From a virus (Duplodnaviria; Heunggongvirae; Uroviricota; Caudoviricetes), in IMG/VR virus record IMGVR_UViG_2548876941_000006: 14,816 nt of DNA; one strand, written 5' to 3'. Below are positions 1-7,119 of this stretch, in pieces (within the stretch, counting starts at the first letter, position 1; each line of letters opens with the position of its first letter). The notes under the pieces were generated by a model that saw only the letters and a program-made list of their open reading frames with translations, searched no databases and was not told the DNA's origin. Both the position numbers and the translations under genes were made by a program.

Positions 1-611
1 TGTTCAGGAATATGGTGCAGCAGCTCGCCGTCACCACAGTAAATGGCGGCATGATTCGGCACCGATGAACCAAAACAGCACAGCAGCACATCACCCGGTT
101 GTGCTGATGACAACGGCACCTGATACAGCCCTGTGGCCTCCAGATTATCCAGATAGAGATTCTGGTCGTTACGCCACCAGTCATCCTCACGATGAAAATC
201 CGGCATCTCAATCCCCGCCAGATGGTAAGCGTCCCGGAACAGCGTGTAACAGTCCGTCACCCCGTGCTCAAAGCGCCGCCCGGTGAGATGCGGCACACAG
301 CGGAACTTGTGAATCGCCCCCCGGCAGACCAGCCACCACGGCAAATCACTCTGCACCTGCAATCTCCGGTCAGCCTCACTCAGCCAGGGCAGACCACCGG
401 GGTGGCTGTGGACCAGCGCCACAATCTCACCCTGCATCTCTGCCCGCAGCCAGTCCTCCGGCGACAGCCTGAAATAATCCTCCGGCTCACCGGAGATATT
501 CACGCAGGGAAAATATCTTTCTCCCTCCGGCGTTCTCACCACGAAGCCGCACGACTCCGCTGGCGCACATCGCCGGGCGTGCGCCAGAATCGCTGAATCT
601 GTCTGTGTCAT
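1..611 (-). CDS. K: Tail tip assembly protein K-like (JAMM/MPN plus NlpC/P60 motifs); C-terminus truncated by window edge
   Basis: Minus-strand frame is open from ATG (plus 609-611) to position 1 with no stop (about 203 codons). Translation starts MTQTDSAILAHARRCAPAESCGF, contains a JAMM-like motif VHSHPGGLPWLSEAD and an NlpC/P60-like Cys (VTDCYTLF), and closely matches lambda gpK as I recall it. Start lies 4 nt after the L stop. Confidence 0.85.
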   Translation of the reverse strand, partial: MTQTDSAILAHARRCAPAESCGFVVRTPEGERYFPCVNISGEPEDYFRLSPEDWLRAEMQGEIVALVHSHPGGLPWLSEADRRLQVQSDLPWWLVCRGAIHKFRCVPHLTGRRFEHGVTDCYTLFRDAYHLAGIEMPDFHREDDWWRNDQNLYLDNLEATGLYQVPLSSAQPGDVLLCCFGSSVPNHAAIYCGDGELLHHIPE

Positions 612-615
612 GGAT

Positions 616-1314
616 TTACTGCGAAAGTTTGTTAATGGAAAGGAAGCCGCCAAAGTTGCCGACGTTATTGCGAAACTTACAGCCGCTCAGGCATTTGCTG
701 CATTTATCCTTCGTGATATCGGACGTCGGCTGGTCATATTCATCCGCGACCGCCGGACCGTGATAACCGCACTCATCACCGCGATAGGTCCAGGTACAGG
801 TGTTGGCCAGCATGGTGCGCCCCGGAAAAACGGCACCATCCGTTTCCGTCGGTGTGGACAACACAAAGCTCGCGCTGACCGAGCTCAGTTCGCTGCACTG
901 CTCAATGCGCCAGCGGCTGATCACCTCCTGCTCAGGATCGGCGTCACTGTTTCCGTTGACGAAGTTCACCGCATCCAGAAAACGGGCGTAAACCTTACGC
1001 CTGACCACCGTTCCGCCGACCAGGCTCTGCAAATCTTCCACCATCCCGGTGACCATGCCGTGCAGATTAGAGACTTTCAGAGTTGGCCTGGCGCTGGCTC
1101 CTTTACCGTTCATCTCAAATCCGCTCCCCTGAATGGGGTACGCCTGATACTGTCGCCCCTGCCAGGTGACCGGCTCACCTTTTTCGTTCTGCTCATTACA
1201 GAAAAAATAACGCTCTCCGCCGACTTCTGTCAGATCGACTTCCCAGAGCACGACCAGCGCGGATTGCTCCGCTTTTGTACACTCATTCAGTGTTTCCTGC
1301 TGTATATCCTGCAT
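616..1314 (-). CDS. L: Minor tail (tail tip) protein L
   Basis: 232-aa ORF beginning MQDIQQETLNECTKAEQSALVVLWEVDLTEVGGERYFFCNEQNEKGEPVTWQGRQYQ, near-identical to the lambda gpL sequence as recalled. C-terminal cysteine cluster CSKCLSGC. Start ATG overlaps the M stop. Confidence 0.9.
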   Translation of the reverse strand: MQDIQQETLNECTKAEQSALVVLWEVDLTEVGGERYFFCNEQNEKGEPVTWQGRQYQAYPIQGSGFEMNGKGASARPTLKVSNLHGMVTGMVEDLQSLVGGTVVRRKVYARFLDAVNFVNGNSDADPEQEVISRWRIEQCSELSSVSASFVLSTPTETDGAVFPGRTMLANTCTWTYRGDECGYHGPAVADEYDQPTSDITKDKCSKCLSGCKFRNNVGNFGGFLSINKLSQ

Positions 1315-1655
1315 CAGTGAGTGACCTCTTCAAAGGTACAGTTAAAATCGGTATACATGGCATTATCCGAAATACTCCACTCCCTGCAGACAACCCGGAC
1401 GGTTTTGTTGTGTTTTGGCGGACGCCACAAAAAAGCACGTATCCCGGCATGACGGGATAAAAAACTGTCCAGCGCAGCACGGGAATATTCATCTGTGACA
1501 CGAAACACCGGTTTAAACGTTTTCAGATCCGCATTCAGACCACCAGCCCGTCGCTGTTCATATCCGTCACCGAACTTTACCGTAATAACAGATGGCTTTC
1601 GTGTCGTCTCCATCCCCTCGCGGGGGATCCAGTTAAAAACTTCAGGCTCAGGCAC
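1314..1655 (-). CDS. M: Minor tail protein M
   Basis: The frame contains KFGDGYEQR, GLNADLKT and FLWRPP, which match lambda gpM. Similarity extends upstream of the first internal ATG (FNWIPREGME versus lambda FRWKVKPGMD), so I place the start at GTG 1653-1655, preceded by GGAGGA with a 7-nt spacer. This overlaps the tape measure stop by 8 nt. The ORF-track start at 1700 is a TTG; ATG 1613 is an alternative. Confidence 0.8.
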   Translation of the reverse strand: MPEPEVFNWIPREGMETTRKPSVITVKFGDGYEQRRAGGLNADLKTFKPVFRVTDEYSRAALDSFLSRHAGIRAFLWRPPKHNKTVRVVCREWSISDNAMYTDFNCTFEEVTH

Positions 1656-4600
1656 TGTATAATCCTCCGTCCCGACGTGATGACTGCATAATTGACACAA
1701 CCCTGCTGTCGATCAGATCCACCAGCCCCCTGGCTGACTGCGTATCTGTCTCGCCATTGCTCCCTTTATTCTGAATACTGATGTGATACACGGGAGAATA
1801 GACAAATCCGCCGCCACCATTCACATTGCCAATGGCTCTGACCCCAAGAGAGCCGTCCGCTGCCCGCGTCAGTGGCATGATAGCTTCAGGCCCGGCCTCG
1901 CCCATCAGTCCGGCACCTTTCGCAAAAGCAAAATACGTCGGCGTATCCACAATAGTGTTACTGTAAGCACTCAGATTTGCCGATGTGTAAACACCACCTT
2001 TTGCGTTTGCCACTGCCCCCGAAATCCATCCTCCTACCGTACCAAGCCACCCTCCGGCGCCGGAGAGTGATTTCAGTCCGTTAACAATGGCCGCATTCAT
2101 CAGAATTTTTGAAACTTCCTGGAGAACTGAACTTCCCCAGTTCCTCCAGTCCACAACATTCCCGGCCAGTGCATCGGAAATATTTGATACCAGCCCGTCC
2201 ATGGTGGAAACGACAGCATCTGCCGCCAGTGAAGCATAATCGGTGGCGCTGTCTGCCCAGTTGATCAGTCCCTCCTGGAGTCCGGCATTCCAGTTATTAC
2301 GTAAAGCATCGGCCTTTGCATAATAATCCTGCTGATCGCTGAGACGCTCTTCCAGATATTTTTTATTCAGTTCTTTCTCCTGTTTCCACAGGGCTTCTTC
2401 AATTTCTCCGGTCTGATACTGTCTCAGGAGTTCGTTATTTTTCTGCTCAAATGCCTGCCGGATACTCCACATTTCCTGAAGTCGTTCACGCATCCGTGAG
2501 CCTTCACCATATCCCAGCAACTGCGCGTTGTTAGATGCCCTGGCACTGGCATTACTGTCCGCCAGGCTGCTTTCATACGCGGCAAGCTGCTCACGAATCT
2601 TTTTCTGGTCGATGAGTGCCGCATTCTGTAAAAGCATTTTTTTTTGCGCTTCTGACAGTGTTGATAATTCGCCCTGACTGACCTGATATTTCATCTTAGC
2701 CAGTTCAGTATTTTGCCCTGCCAGTGCTATTTGTTCTTTTTGCTGTTTAATCAGCCGTTTATAAATATCTTCTGTTTTTTCCGCTTCGGTCTTTTTATGT
2801 GTTTTGGGTTTATTTGCCTGGTTATTTCGCCATGCATCCAGTGAGTTATTGATATAATTCTGTCTGGCTGTCTGATACGCCTCCCCCACAAAACCAAGAT
2901 CATCCGCAACATAGCCCAGTCGGGCACGCTCACGCGCTTCCCCCTTCAGACGGGACAGAGCCAGTTCGCGCTTGCTGTTATTCAGTGCAGTCTGCTGCTT
3001 ATCATCCAGGGTGGCCTGTGGCAGCCGTAATGGTGCATTCACCAGCCCCTGTCGCTGCTGAAGTAATTCATTACCAAGTCCGAGAAGGCGATTAAACTCG
3101 GTATGCTGCCCGTTCATGATCAACAGGGACTGATACGCTTTGTTTTGTTCCGCCGCCTGTTGACGGATCAACGCCACCCGTCGCTCCTCCAGCCCGGCAA
3201 GCACATCCTGAATGGATTGCGCTTTACCCTGCATTTGAGTTAGGCGAGACTGTTCAACTGCCAGTTGATTTGTTGCTTCTGCAAGCCCTTCTGTGACAGT
3301 TTTTACCGACGTCATATGGTTAATCATAAAACCGTTATCGGTTGTCCAGCCCGGGTTTGCCAGCACATACTGATAGCCGGCAATTTTTTCCTGTAAGGAT
3401 TTGATCTTACTTTTCTGCTCGTCAATTAACCTGTTCTGCTCCTTCAGTGCCTGCCGCGTCTTTTCTTCATTATCTGACGTTTCAGGAAGCGACATTGCCG
3501 ACGTTTTCTGGCGAATTTCGTCGATTGTTGCGGCATACTGGCGTGCAGATTCTCTGGCCTGCTCCTGATTCTGATACATTGTGTACCAGGCCGTCGCCCC
3601 CAGCATGACGAGTCCCGGCACACCACCAACCAACCCCAGCGCACCACTTAACAGACGGCTCCCCACTGACGTAACATTATTCAGCGTTGTCTGTGCCGCT
3701 GTTCTGGCCGCAATATTACGGGTAAGCGACGCCTGGGCAACTGTCAGCTTCGCTTCTGCTGCTGCCTGCCTTTCGGTACCGCGAGCAGCAACAACCGCCT
3801 GTTGCGCACGATAAACCGCCGCACGCGCCCTGGCGGTTGCTATCTGTGTCCCCCGGAGTTGCGCTTCCGCAAGAGCTACTTCGTTTCTGGCTGCAGTAAT
3901 TAATCCGGCAGTTGCAGATCCAGCAGAAGCCGCCATATTGCCAAAATATCGGGCTACCCCGACAGCAACCAGAGCACCGGCAGCGGTTGCCACGGTGTCA
4001 ATATTGCCTGCAATACCATTCAGCACACCGGAGAGCGTCTTCGTCACTCCGCTTGCCTCGTTCGCACCACCAACCCAGGCCATAAAGGCGTTTTCAACTT
4101 TGGTTGCAGAGGATGAAACCGTATCAGGCATTGCCGCATATTCATCACGTAATGCCCCAAGCTGACTAATCAGTGCAGGAACAACCTTATCGGCAGTTAA
4201 CTTTCCGTTATCCGCCATGGCCTTCAGATCCTTACGGGCAACTCCCATTCCCGCAGCCAGCGCACGAATAACACGATCGCCGTTCTCATTCACCGAGTTA
4301 AACTCTTCACCGCGCAGCACCCCCTGCGCCAGAGCCTGACTGAACTGCGTGATCACCGAACTGGCTTCTGCTGTACTGGCACCGGATAATTTCAGGCCAG
4401 TAGAGATCGCCTCGGTGACTTTCAGTACCTCCTCAGAACTGTAACCATACTCCCGCATGGAAGCTGCAGAACGGGCAAAAAGGCTGGCGTTATCAGAAAA
4501 CGCCGTCCCCGTTCTCTGGCTGATCGCCATTAATTCACGCTGTGATGCCTGAAAATCATCACTGGACTGTGAGGCCTGCTTCAGACGGGCATTTACTGAA

Positions 4601-4881
4601 TTCCACTCATCGGCGAGAGAAATAAGATGACCGGTAGCAAAAGCCCCGGCAAATGCCCCAGCCATATTCAGTGCCGAAGATTTAGCTGTATTTATCTGAT
4701 CCGTCACTTCTGCCAGTGCACGCCGCATTTCACGGGATGCAGCAGCAGACTGTCGGCCTCCGTTCTGCATGGTGCGGTAGTAATCCTGCCCCATACGCGA
4801 AGCCCGGGAGATCTCTGACTGGAATGACCGGGAGTTTGCCGAGATTTTAATAATCAGTTCACGTAATGTCGCCACACTCAT
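1648..4881 (-). CDS. Tail tape measure protein (lambda gpH-like C-terminal region)
   Basis: 1077-aa ORF located between the GT chaperone genes and M/L/K. It is Ala/Gln/Glu/Leu-rich with long heptad-like stretches typical of tape measure proteins and has a central hydrophobic segment (LLSGALGLVGGVPGLVMLGATAWY). The C-terminal region (WRNNWNAGLQEGLINWADSATD ... RRDGGLYSA) resembles the lambda gpH C-terminus as recalled. GGAGA lies immediately 5' of the ATG, so the exact start is slightly uncertain. Confidence 0.9.
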   Translation of the reverse strand: MSVATLRELIIKISANSRSFQSEISRASRMGQDYYRTMQNGGRQSAAASREMRRALAEVTDQINTAKSSALNMAGAFAGAFATGHLISLADEWNSVNARLKQASQSSDDFQASQRELMAISQRTGTAFSDNASLFARSAASMREYGYSSEEVLKVTEAISTGLKLSGASTAEASSVITQFSQALAQGVLRGEEFNSVNENGDRVIRALAAGMGVARKDLKAMADNGKLTADKVVPALISQLGALRDEYAAMPDTVSSSATKVENAFMAWVGGANEASGVTKTLSGVLNGIAGNIDTVATAAGALVAVGVARYFGNMAASAGSATAGLITAARNEVALAEAQLRGTQIATARARAAVYRAQQAVVAARGTERQAAAEAKLTVAQASLTRNIAARTAAQTTLNNVTSVGSRLLSGALGLVGGVPGLVMLGATAWYTMYQNQEQARESARQYAATIDEIRQKTSAMSLPETSDNEEKTRQALKEQNRLIDEQKSKIKSLQEKIAGYQYVLANPGWTTDNGFMINHMTSVKTVTEGLAEATNQLAVEQSRLTQMQGKAQSIQDVLAGLEERRVALIRQQAAEQNKAYQSLLIMNGQHTEFNRLLGLGNELLQQRQGLVNAPLRLPQATLDDKQQTALNNSKRELALSRLKGEARERARLGYVADDLGFVGEAYQTARQNYINNSLDAWRNNQANKPKTHKKTEAEKTEDIYKRLIKQQKEQIALAGQNTELAKMKYQVSQGELSTLSEAQKKMLLQNAALIDQKKIREQLAAYESSLADSNASARASNNAQLLGYGEGSRMRERLQEMWSIRQAFEQKNNELLRQYQTGEIEEALWKQEKELNKKYLEERLSDQQDYYAKADALRNNWNAGLQEGLINWADSATDYASLAADAVVSTMDGLVSNISDALAGNVVDWRNWGSSVLQEVSKILMNAAIVNGLKSLSGAGGWLGTVGGWISGAVANAKGGVYTSANLSAYSNTIVDTPTYFAFAKGAGLMGEAGPEAIMPLTRAADGSLGVRAIGNVNGGGGFVYSPVYHISIQNKGSNGETDTQSARGLVDLIDSRVVSIMQSSRRDGGLYSA

Positions 4882-4891
4882 TCTCCGGACG

Positions 4892-4916
4892 AAAAAAAAC
4901 CGCCGAAGCGGTTTTT
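4892..4916 (-). terminator. Rho-independent terminator downstream of the moron gene (hairpin flanked by A-run and T-run, potentially bidirectional)
   Basis: Plus strand reads gAAAAAAAACCGCCGAAGCGGTTTTTg. On the minus strand this is a 6-bp stem AACCGC/GCGGTT with a 4-nt loop followed by T8. It sits between the moron stop (4924-4926) and the tape measure start (4881). Confidence 0.75.
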
Positions 4917-4923
4917 GTATTCT

Positions 4924-5265
4924 TTAAAGAAGTCCGGCCTTACGCCTTGCTTCCTGAAGATATTCATCATCCGTTTTTTGTGAAACGGAACTATCTGCAT
5001 TGCAAATTAAATCACTACCGCAATGCTTACATTTAATAGCCTCTTCTTTGATCAACTCCGCACAGTAAGGGCATTTCTTCATGCCATTGCTTACCATTTG
5101 TTGTTCATGTGCCTTCTCATCTCTTTGGATTACCAGCGAATGAACCAGAGCAACAATAAAGATCATCGCACCATATACCCACCATCCTAAAAATGAGCGA
5201 CCTTTGCTTTTCGCAATAATAGCTGGAATTAGTCCCAAAACTATTGAAATAAGTAAAAATTCCAT
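4924..5265 (-). CDS. Moron: small inner-membrane protein with two predicted TM helices and a C-terminal CxxC-x10-CxxC zinc ribbon; function unknown
   Basis: 113-aa ORF from ATG 5263-5265 (the ORF-track start at 5268 is a TTG). An AAGGAA ribosome-binding site lies about 7 nt upstream. Protein: [47 protein letters not shown] ... [24 protein letters not shown]. The gene is visibly AT-rich (roughly 35-40% GC by eye) compared with the flanking tail genes and is followed by its own terminator. Confidence 0.75.
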   Translation of the reverse strand: MEFLLISIVLGLIPAIIAKSKGRSFLGWWVYGAMIFIVALVHSLVIQRDEKAHEQQMVSNGMKKCPYCAELIKEEAIKCKHCGSDLICNADSSVSQKTDDEYLQEARRKAGLL

Positions 5266-5279
5266 CAATGTTTCCTTAC

Positions 5280-5315
5280 TTTCTCAATAAAATGGGAATA
5301 ATAATCCAGTCAAGT
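5280..5315 (-). promoter_or_regulatory. Possible sigma70-like promoter for the moron (-35-like TTGACT; weak -10 candidates)
   Basis: Minus strand reads cacTTGACTggattattattcccattttattgagaaagtaaggaaacattgATG. TTGACT (plus 5308-5313) is a 5/6 match to the -35 consensus, but no clean TATAAT lies at 17 bp (candidates tttatt/tattga). Weak call based only on motif reading. Confidence 0.2.
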
Positions 5316-5322
5316 GAAAAGA

Positions 5323-5996
5323 TCACCGAGCAGCAACAAATAATGCCTTCTCAATCTCAGCAAATGGATCTGAGGTGCCTTCTGTATGCTCCTTCTCCCA
5401 CTGAAGAAGCGCATCATTCAGTGGCACTTTGACCCCCTGCGCACCGTAAACAGCTGAAACAATCTGGGCAGCCCGGATATCAGCCCGTTCGTCCCCCAGC
5501 GGGCTGAACCTGTCAAATTCTGCCCACATCATGATTTCTGATGCTGACATTTCCCGGCGTAACTCTGACAATGTGCGCCCCATCCTGAGCGCCAGCATCA
5601 TCAGAAAACGCATCCCCGGAAGCGCTACTTTTTTTTAACCTCGCCGGCATCACTGATCAGTTCCAGAGACTGCCGAAGAAGCCGCGCATGCACCGGGCCA
5701 TACACGGCAATTACCTGTTCACGATCATCCTCTGAAAATACAGGTTGCAGTCCGGTATCACACAGAACATCGATGAACAGTTCAACATCCGCTTCCAGAT
5801 TTCGGCGGGCGCGCTCCGCAACGGATAACGGTGTCTCATCATCTTTTGCTTTAACGATCTCCTGCCAGCGCAACCAGGCTTCTGCAGAAGGTTCCCGTAA
5901 TACAACCGTTGCGCCCTCCCATTCAGGCACATCAACAGTTTTATGGCGAAACCCCGACATCGTTGCCAGTGCCAGATTACGGATATTTTTAGTCAT
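5323..5996 (-). CDS. Tail assembly chaperone GT fusion (gpG N-terminus plus gpT-like C-terminus) made by -1 frameshift near 5628-5634
   Basis: The -1 frame ORF 5323..5613 (MRFLMMLALRMGRTLSELRREM...) has no convincing independent ribosome-binding site and is open upstream to the slippery site (...KKK/VALPGMRFLMM...). Predicted fusion is about 224 aa (123 from G plus 101 from T frame). Position and architecture match the conserved siphovirus G/GT pair. Confidence 0.7.
5625..5996 (-). CDS. Tail assembly chaperone (lambda gpG-like), zero-frame product
   Basis: ORF between the major tail and tape measure genes ending EVKKK-stop. I place the start at ATG 5994-5996 (MTKNIRN), 8 nt downstream of a GAGGA, rather than the ORF-track start at 6011. 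Its 3' end carries an A-run slippery site and is followed by an overlapping -1 frame ORF, the conserved G/GT arrangement. Confidence 0.8.
   Translation of the reverse strand: MTKNIRNLALATMSGFRHKTVDVPEWEGATVVLREPSAEAWLRWQEIVKAKDDETPLSVAERARRNLEADVELFIDVLCDTGLQPVFSEDDREQVIAVYGPVHARLLRQSLELISDAGEVKKK
5628..5634 (-). other. Programmed -1 ribosomal frameshift slippery heptamer A AAA AAG (G to GT)
   Basis: Minus strand reads GTT AAA AAA AAG TAG in the G frame. A -1 slip on A_AAA_AAG continues as GTA GCG CTT CCG GGG ATG CGT TTT (VALPGMRF...), which is the frame of ORF 5323..5613. Confidence 0.75.
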
Positions 5997-6010
5997 CACA
6001 TCTATCCTCA

Positions 6011-6715
6011 TTAACTGACGGTAACAGTGCAGGAAGTGGAGGTCACTTTGTTAACCGGGCTTGCTGAATCAGAAATCTCGCAGGTATACGCACCAGCATC
6101 ACCGGATGCTGCTGATGCCTTACTGAACGTTGCCGCCGTCTGTCCGGAAACAGGAGAACCACCTTTTTTCCAGGCATAAGAATAAGGCGGCACACCACCG
6201 GCAGCCTCAACCATCATTTCGAGTTTCGCTCCGGCAGAAACCTGCAACGTGCTGTTTAAATCGACCTTCACTTTCAGCGGCTCTGTCGTCAGCACAGGTT
6301 TACCTTTCAGGCGCAGGGAAAACGTTGCAGCCACAACACCATTGGTTCCTGCAGACCAGGTATGCTGACGCACCTCTGCCATAAAGGTAAATCCGTTGCC
6401 TGACGGAAAAATAACTTTAAAGCCATACGTGGTGTCATTGTCATAGGCACTGCGCAACGCGTTCTGGGCAGCATTGAGGTAAAAGTTGCCTGACATGGAA
6501 ATCTCTGACGCGGCACCAAGACCGTTAATATTTTCCTGCTCAACAGAACACAGCGTGGTGACATCAATATCCTGCTTTTGTCCTGCGGTAAACTGCACCT
6601 CTTTGATTGTACAGCTCAGGCCAAGATAGCTGGCAGAATCCAGGGTTTCTGCTGTTACCGGTGCAGACGAAATCATAATTTTCGTCAGTTGCGAACGCTC
6701 AAAATTAGAGGACAT
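6011..6715 (-). CDS. Major tail (tube) protein with C-terminal Ig-like domain
   Basis: Start ATG 6713-6715 (MSSNFERSQ) is preceded by AGGAG with a 6-nt spacer; the upstream extension to 6766 would run through a terminator hairpin and is rejected. Position is immediately upstream of G/GT. The C-terminal roughly 85 aa (...VSAGAKLEMMVEAAGGVPPYSYAWKKGGSPVSGQTAATFSKASAASGDAGAYTCEISDSASPVNKVTSTSCTVTVS) look like a bacterial Ig-like fold. Confidence 0.85.
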   Translation of the reverse strand: MSSNFERSQLTKIMISSAPVTAETLDSASYLGLSCTIKEVQFTAGQKQDIDVTTLCSVEQENINGLGAASEISMSGNFYLNAAQNALRSAYDNDTTYGFKVIFPSGNGFTFMAEVRQHTWSAGTNGVVAATFSLRLKGKPVLTTEPLKVKVDLNSTLQVSAGAKLEMMVEAAGGVPPYSYAWKKGGSPVSGQTAATFSKASAASGDAGAYTCEISDSASPVNKVTSTSCTVTVS

Positions 6716-6729
6716 ACTCGTCTCCTGAA

Positions 6730-6754
6730 AATAAAAAACCCGCCAGCGGCGGGT
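6730..6754 (-). terminator. Intrinsic terminator-like hairpin plus T-run between the tail completion gene and the major tail gene
   Basis: Plus strand reads tAAAAAACCCGCCAGCGGCGGGtggg. On the minus strand this is stem CCCGCC/GGCGGG with a 3-nt loop followed by TTTTTTATTTT, then the AGGAG site of the major tail gene. Confidence 0.65.
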
Positions 6755-6774
6755 GGGTAAAATCATTAACGACC

Positions 6775-7119
6775 TCAGGCTATTACCTGAAATTCAAGCG
6801 TGGCTCTGCTCAGACGGGAATCAGGATCATAACCCTGCGTTTTAGAAATAACGGAGGGTACAAGTTGCCTTACCGCATCAAGCGCCTGTTCTCGGATATC
6901 ATCTGCGTCATCAGGCACCGTTGCCCAGACATCGATCTGCACGGTAATTCTGGATTCAGCCTGACCATCAAGCACATCAGACGCCGTGTCAGACACCACA
7001 GAAAACACCAGCCACGGCGGAGATACCGCAGGCTTTCCCTCCGTCAGCGGGACCACATAAGGATAAACCTGTCCTCCGGCCAGTTGAGACAGCAGGGAAT
7101 ACAGTGTGGCTTCCCTCAT
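6775..7119 (-). CDS. Tail completion/terminator protein (DUF3168-like), putative
   Basis: 114-aa ORF (MREATLYSLLSQLAGGQVYPYVVPLTEGKP...). Its ATG overlaps the stop of the upstream gene (ATGA). It sits directly upstream of the major tail gene, where HK97-like clusters carry the tail terminator gene. Family assignment is from recall only. Confidence 0.75.
   Translation of the reverse strand: MREATLYSLLSQLAGGQVYPYVVPLTEGKPAVSPPWLVFSVVSDTASDVLDGQAESRITVQIDVWATVPDDADDIREQALDAVRQLVPSVISKTQGYDPDSRLSRATLEFQVIA

Noticed and set aside
65-596. Plus-strand ORFs 65..286 and 192..596
   Set aside because: Antisense to the K gene, which has clear JAMM and NlpC/P60 motifs. Pro/Arg-rich low-complexity translations typical of shadow ORFs.
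610-1320. 236-aa plus-strand ORF
   Set aside because: It is exactly antisense to gene L, which is strongly supported by lambda gpL similarity. Long antisense ORFs are common in GC-rich coding DNA and it has no ribosome-binding site or recognisable protein features.
1656-1700. TTG start at 1700 for gene M (ORF-track start)
   Set aside because: TTG with a poor ribosome-binding site and a 50-nt overlap with the tape measure gene; GTG 1655 has GGAGGA upstream and retains all gpM-homologous residues. Kept as an alternative, not excluded outright.
5711-5935. Nested minus-strand ORF (74 aa) inside the G gene
   Set aside because: Alternative frame of a supported gene with no start context or motif; likely chance.
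6716-6766. N-terminal extension of the major tail ORF (MILPTRRWRVFYFQETS...)
   Set aside because: The extension spans the CCCGCC/GGCGGG terminator hairpin, while ATG 6715 has a near-ideal AGGAG site.
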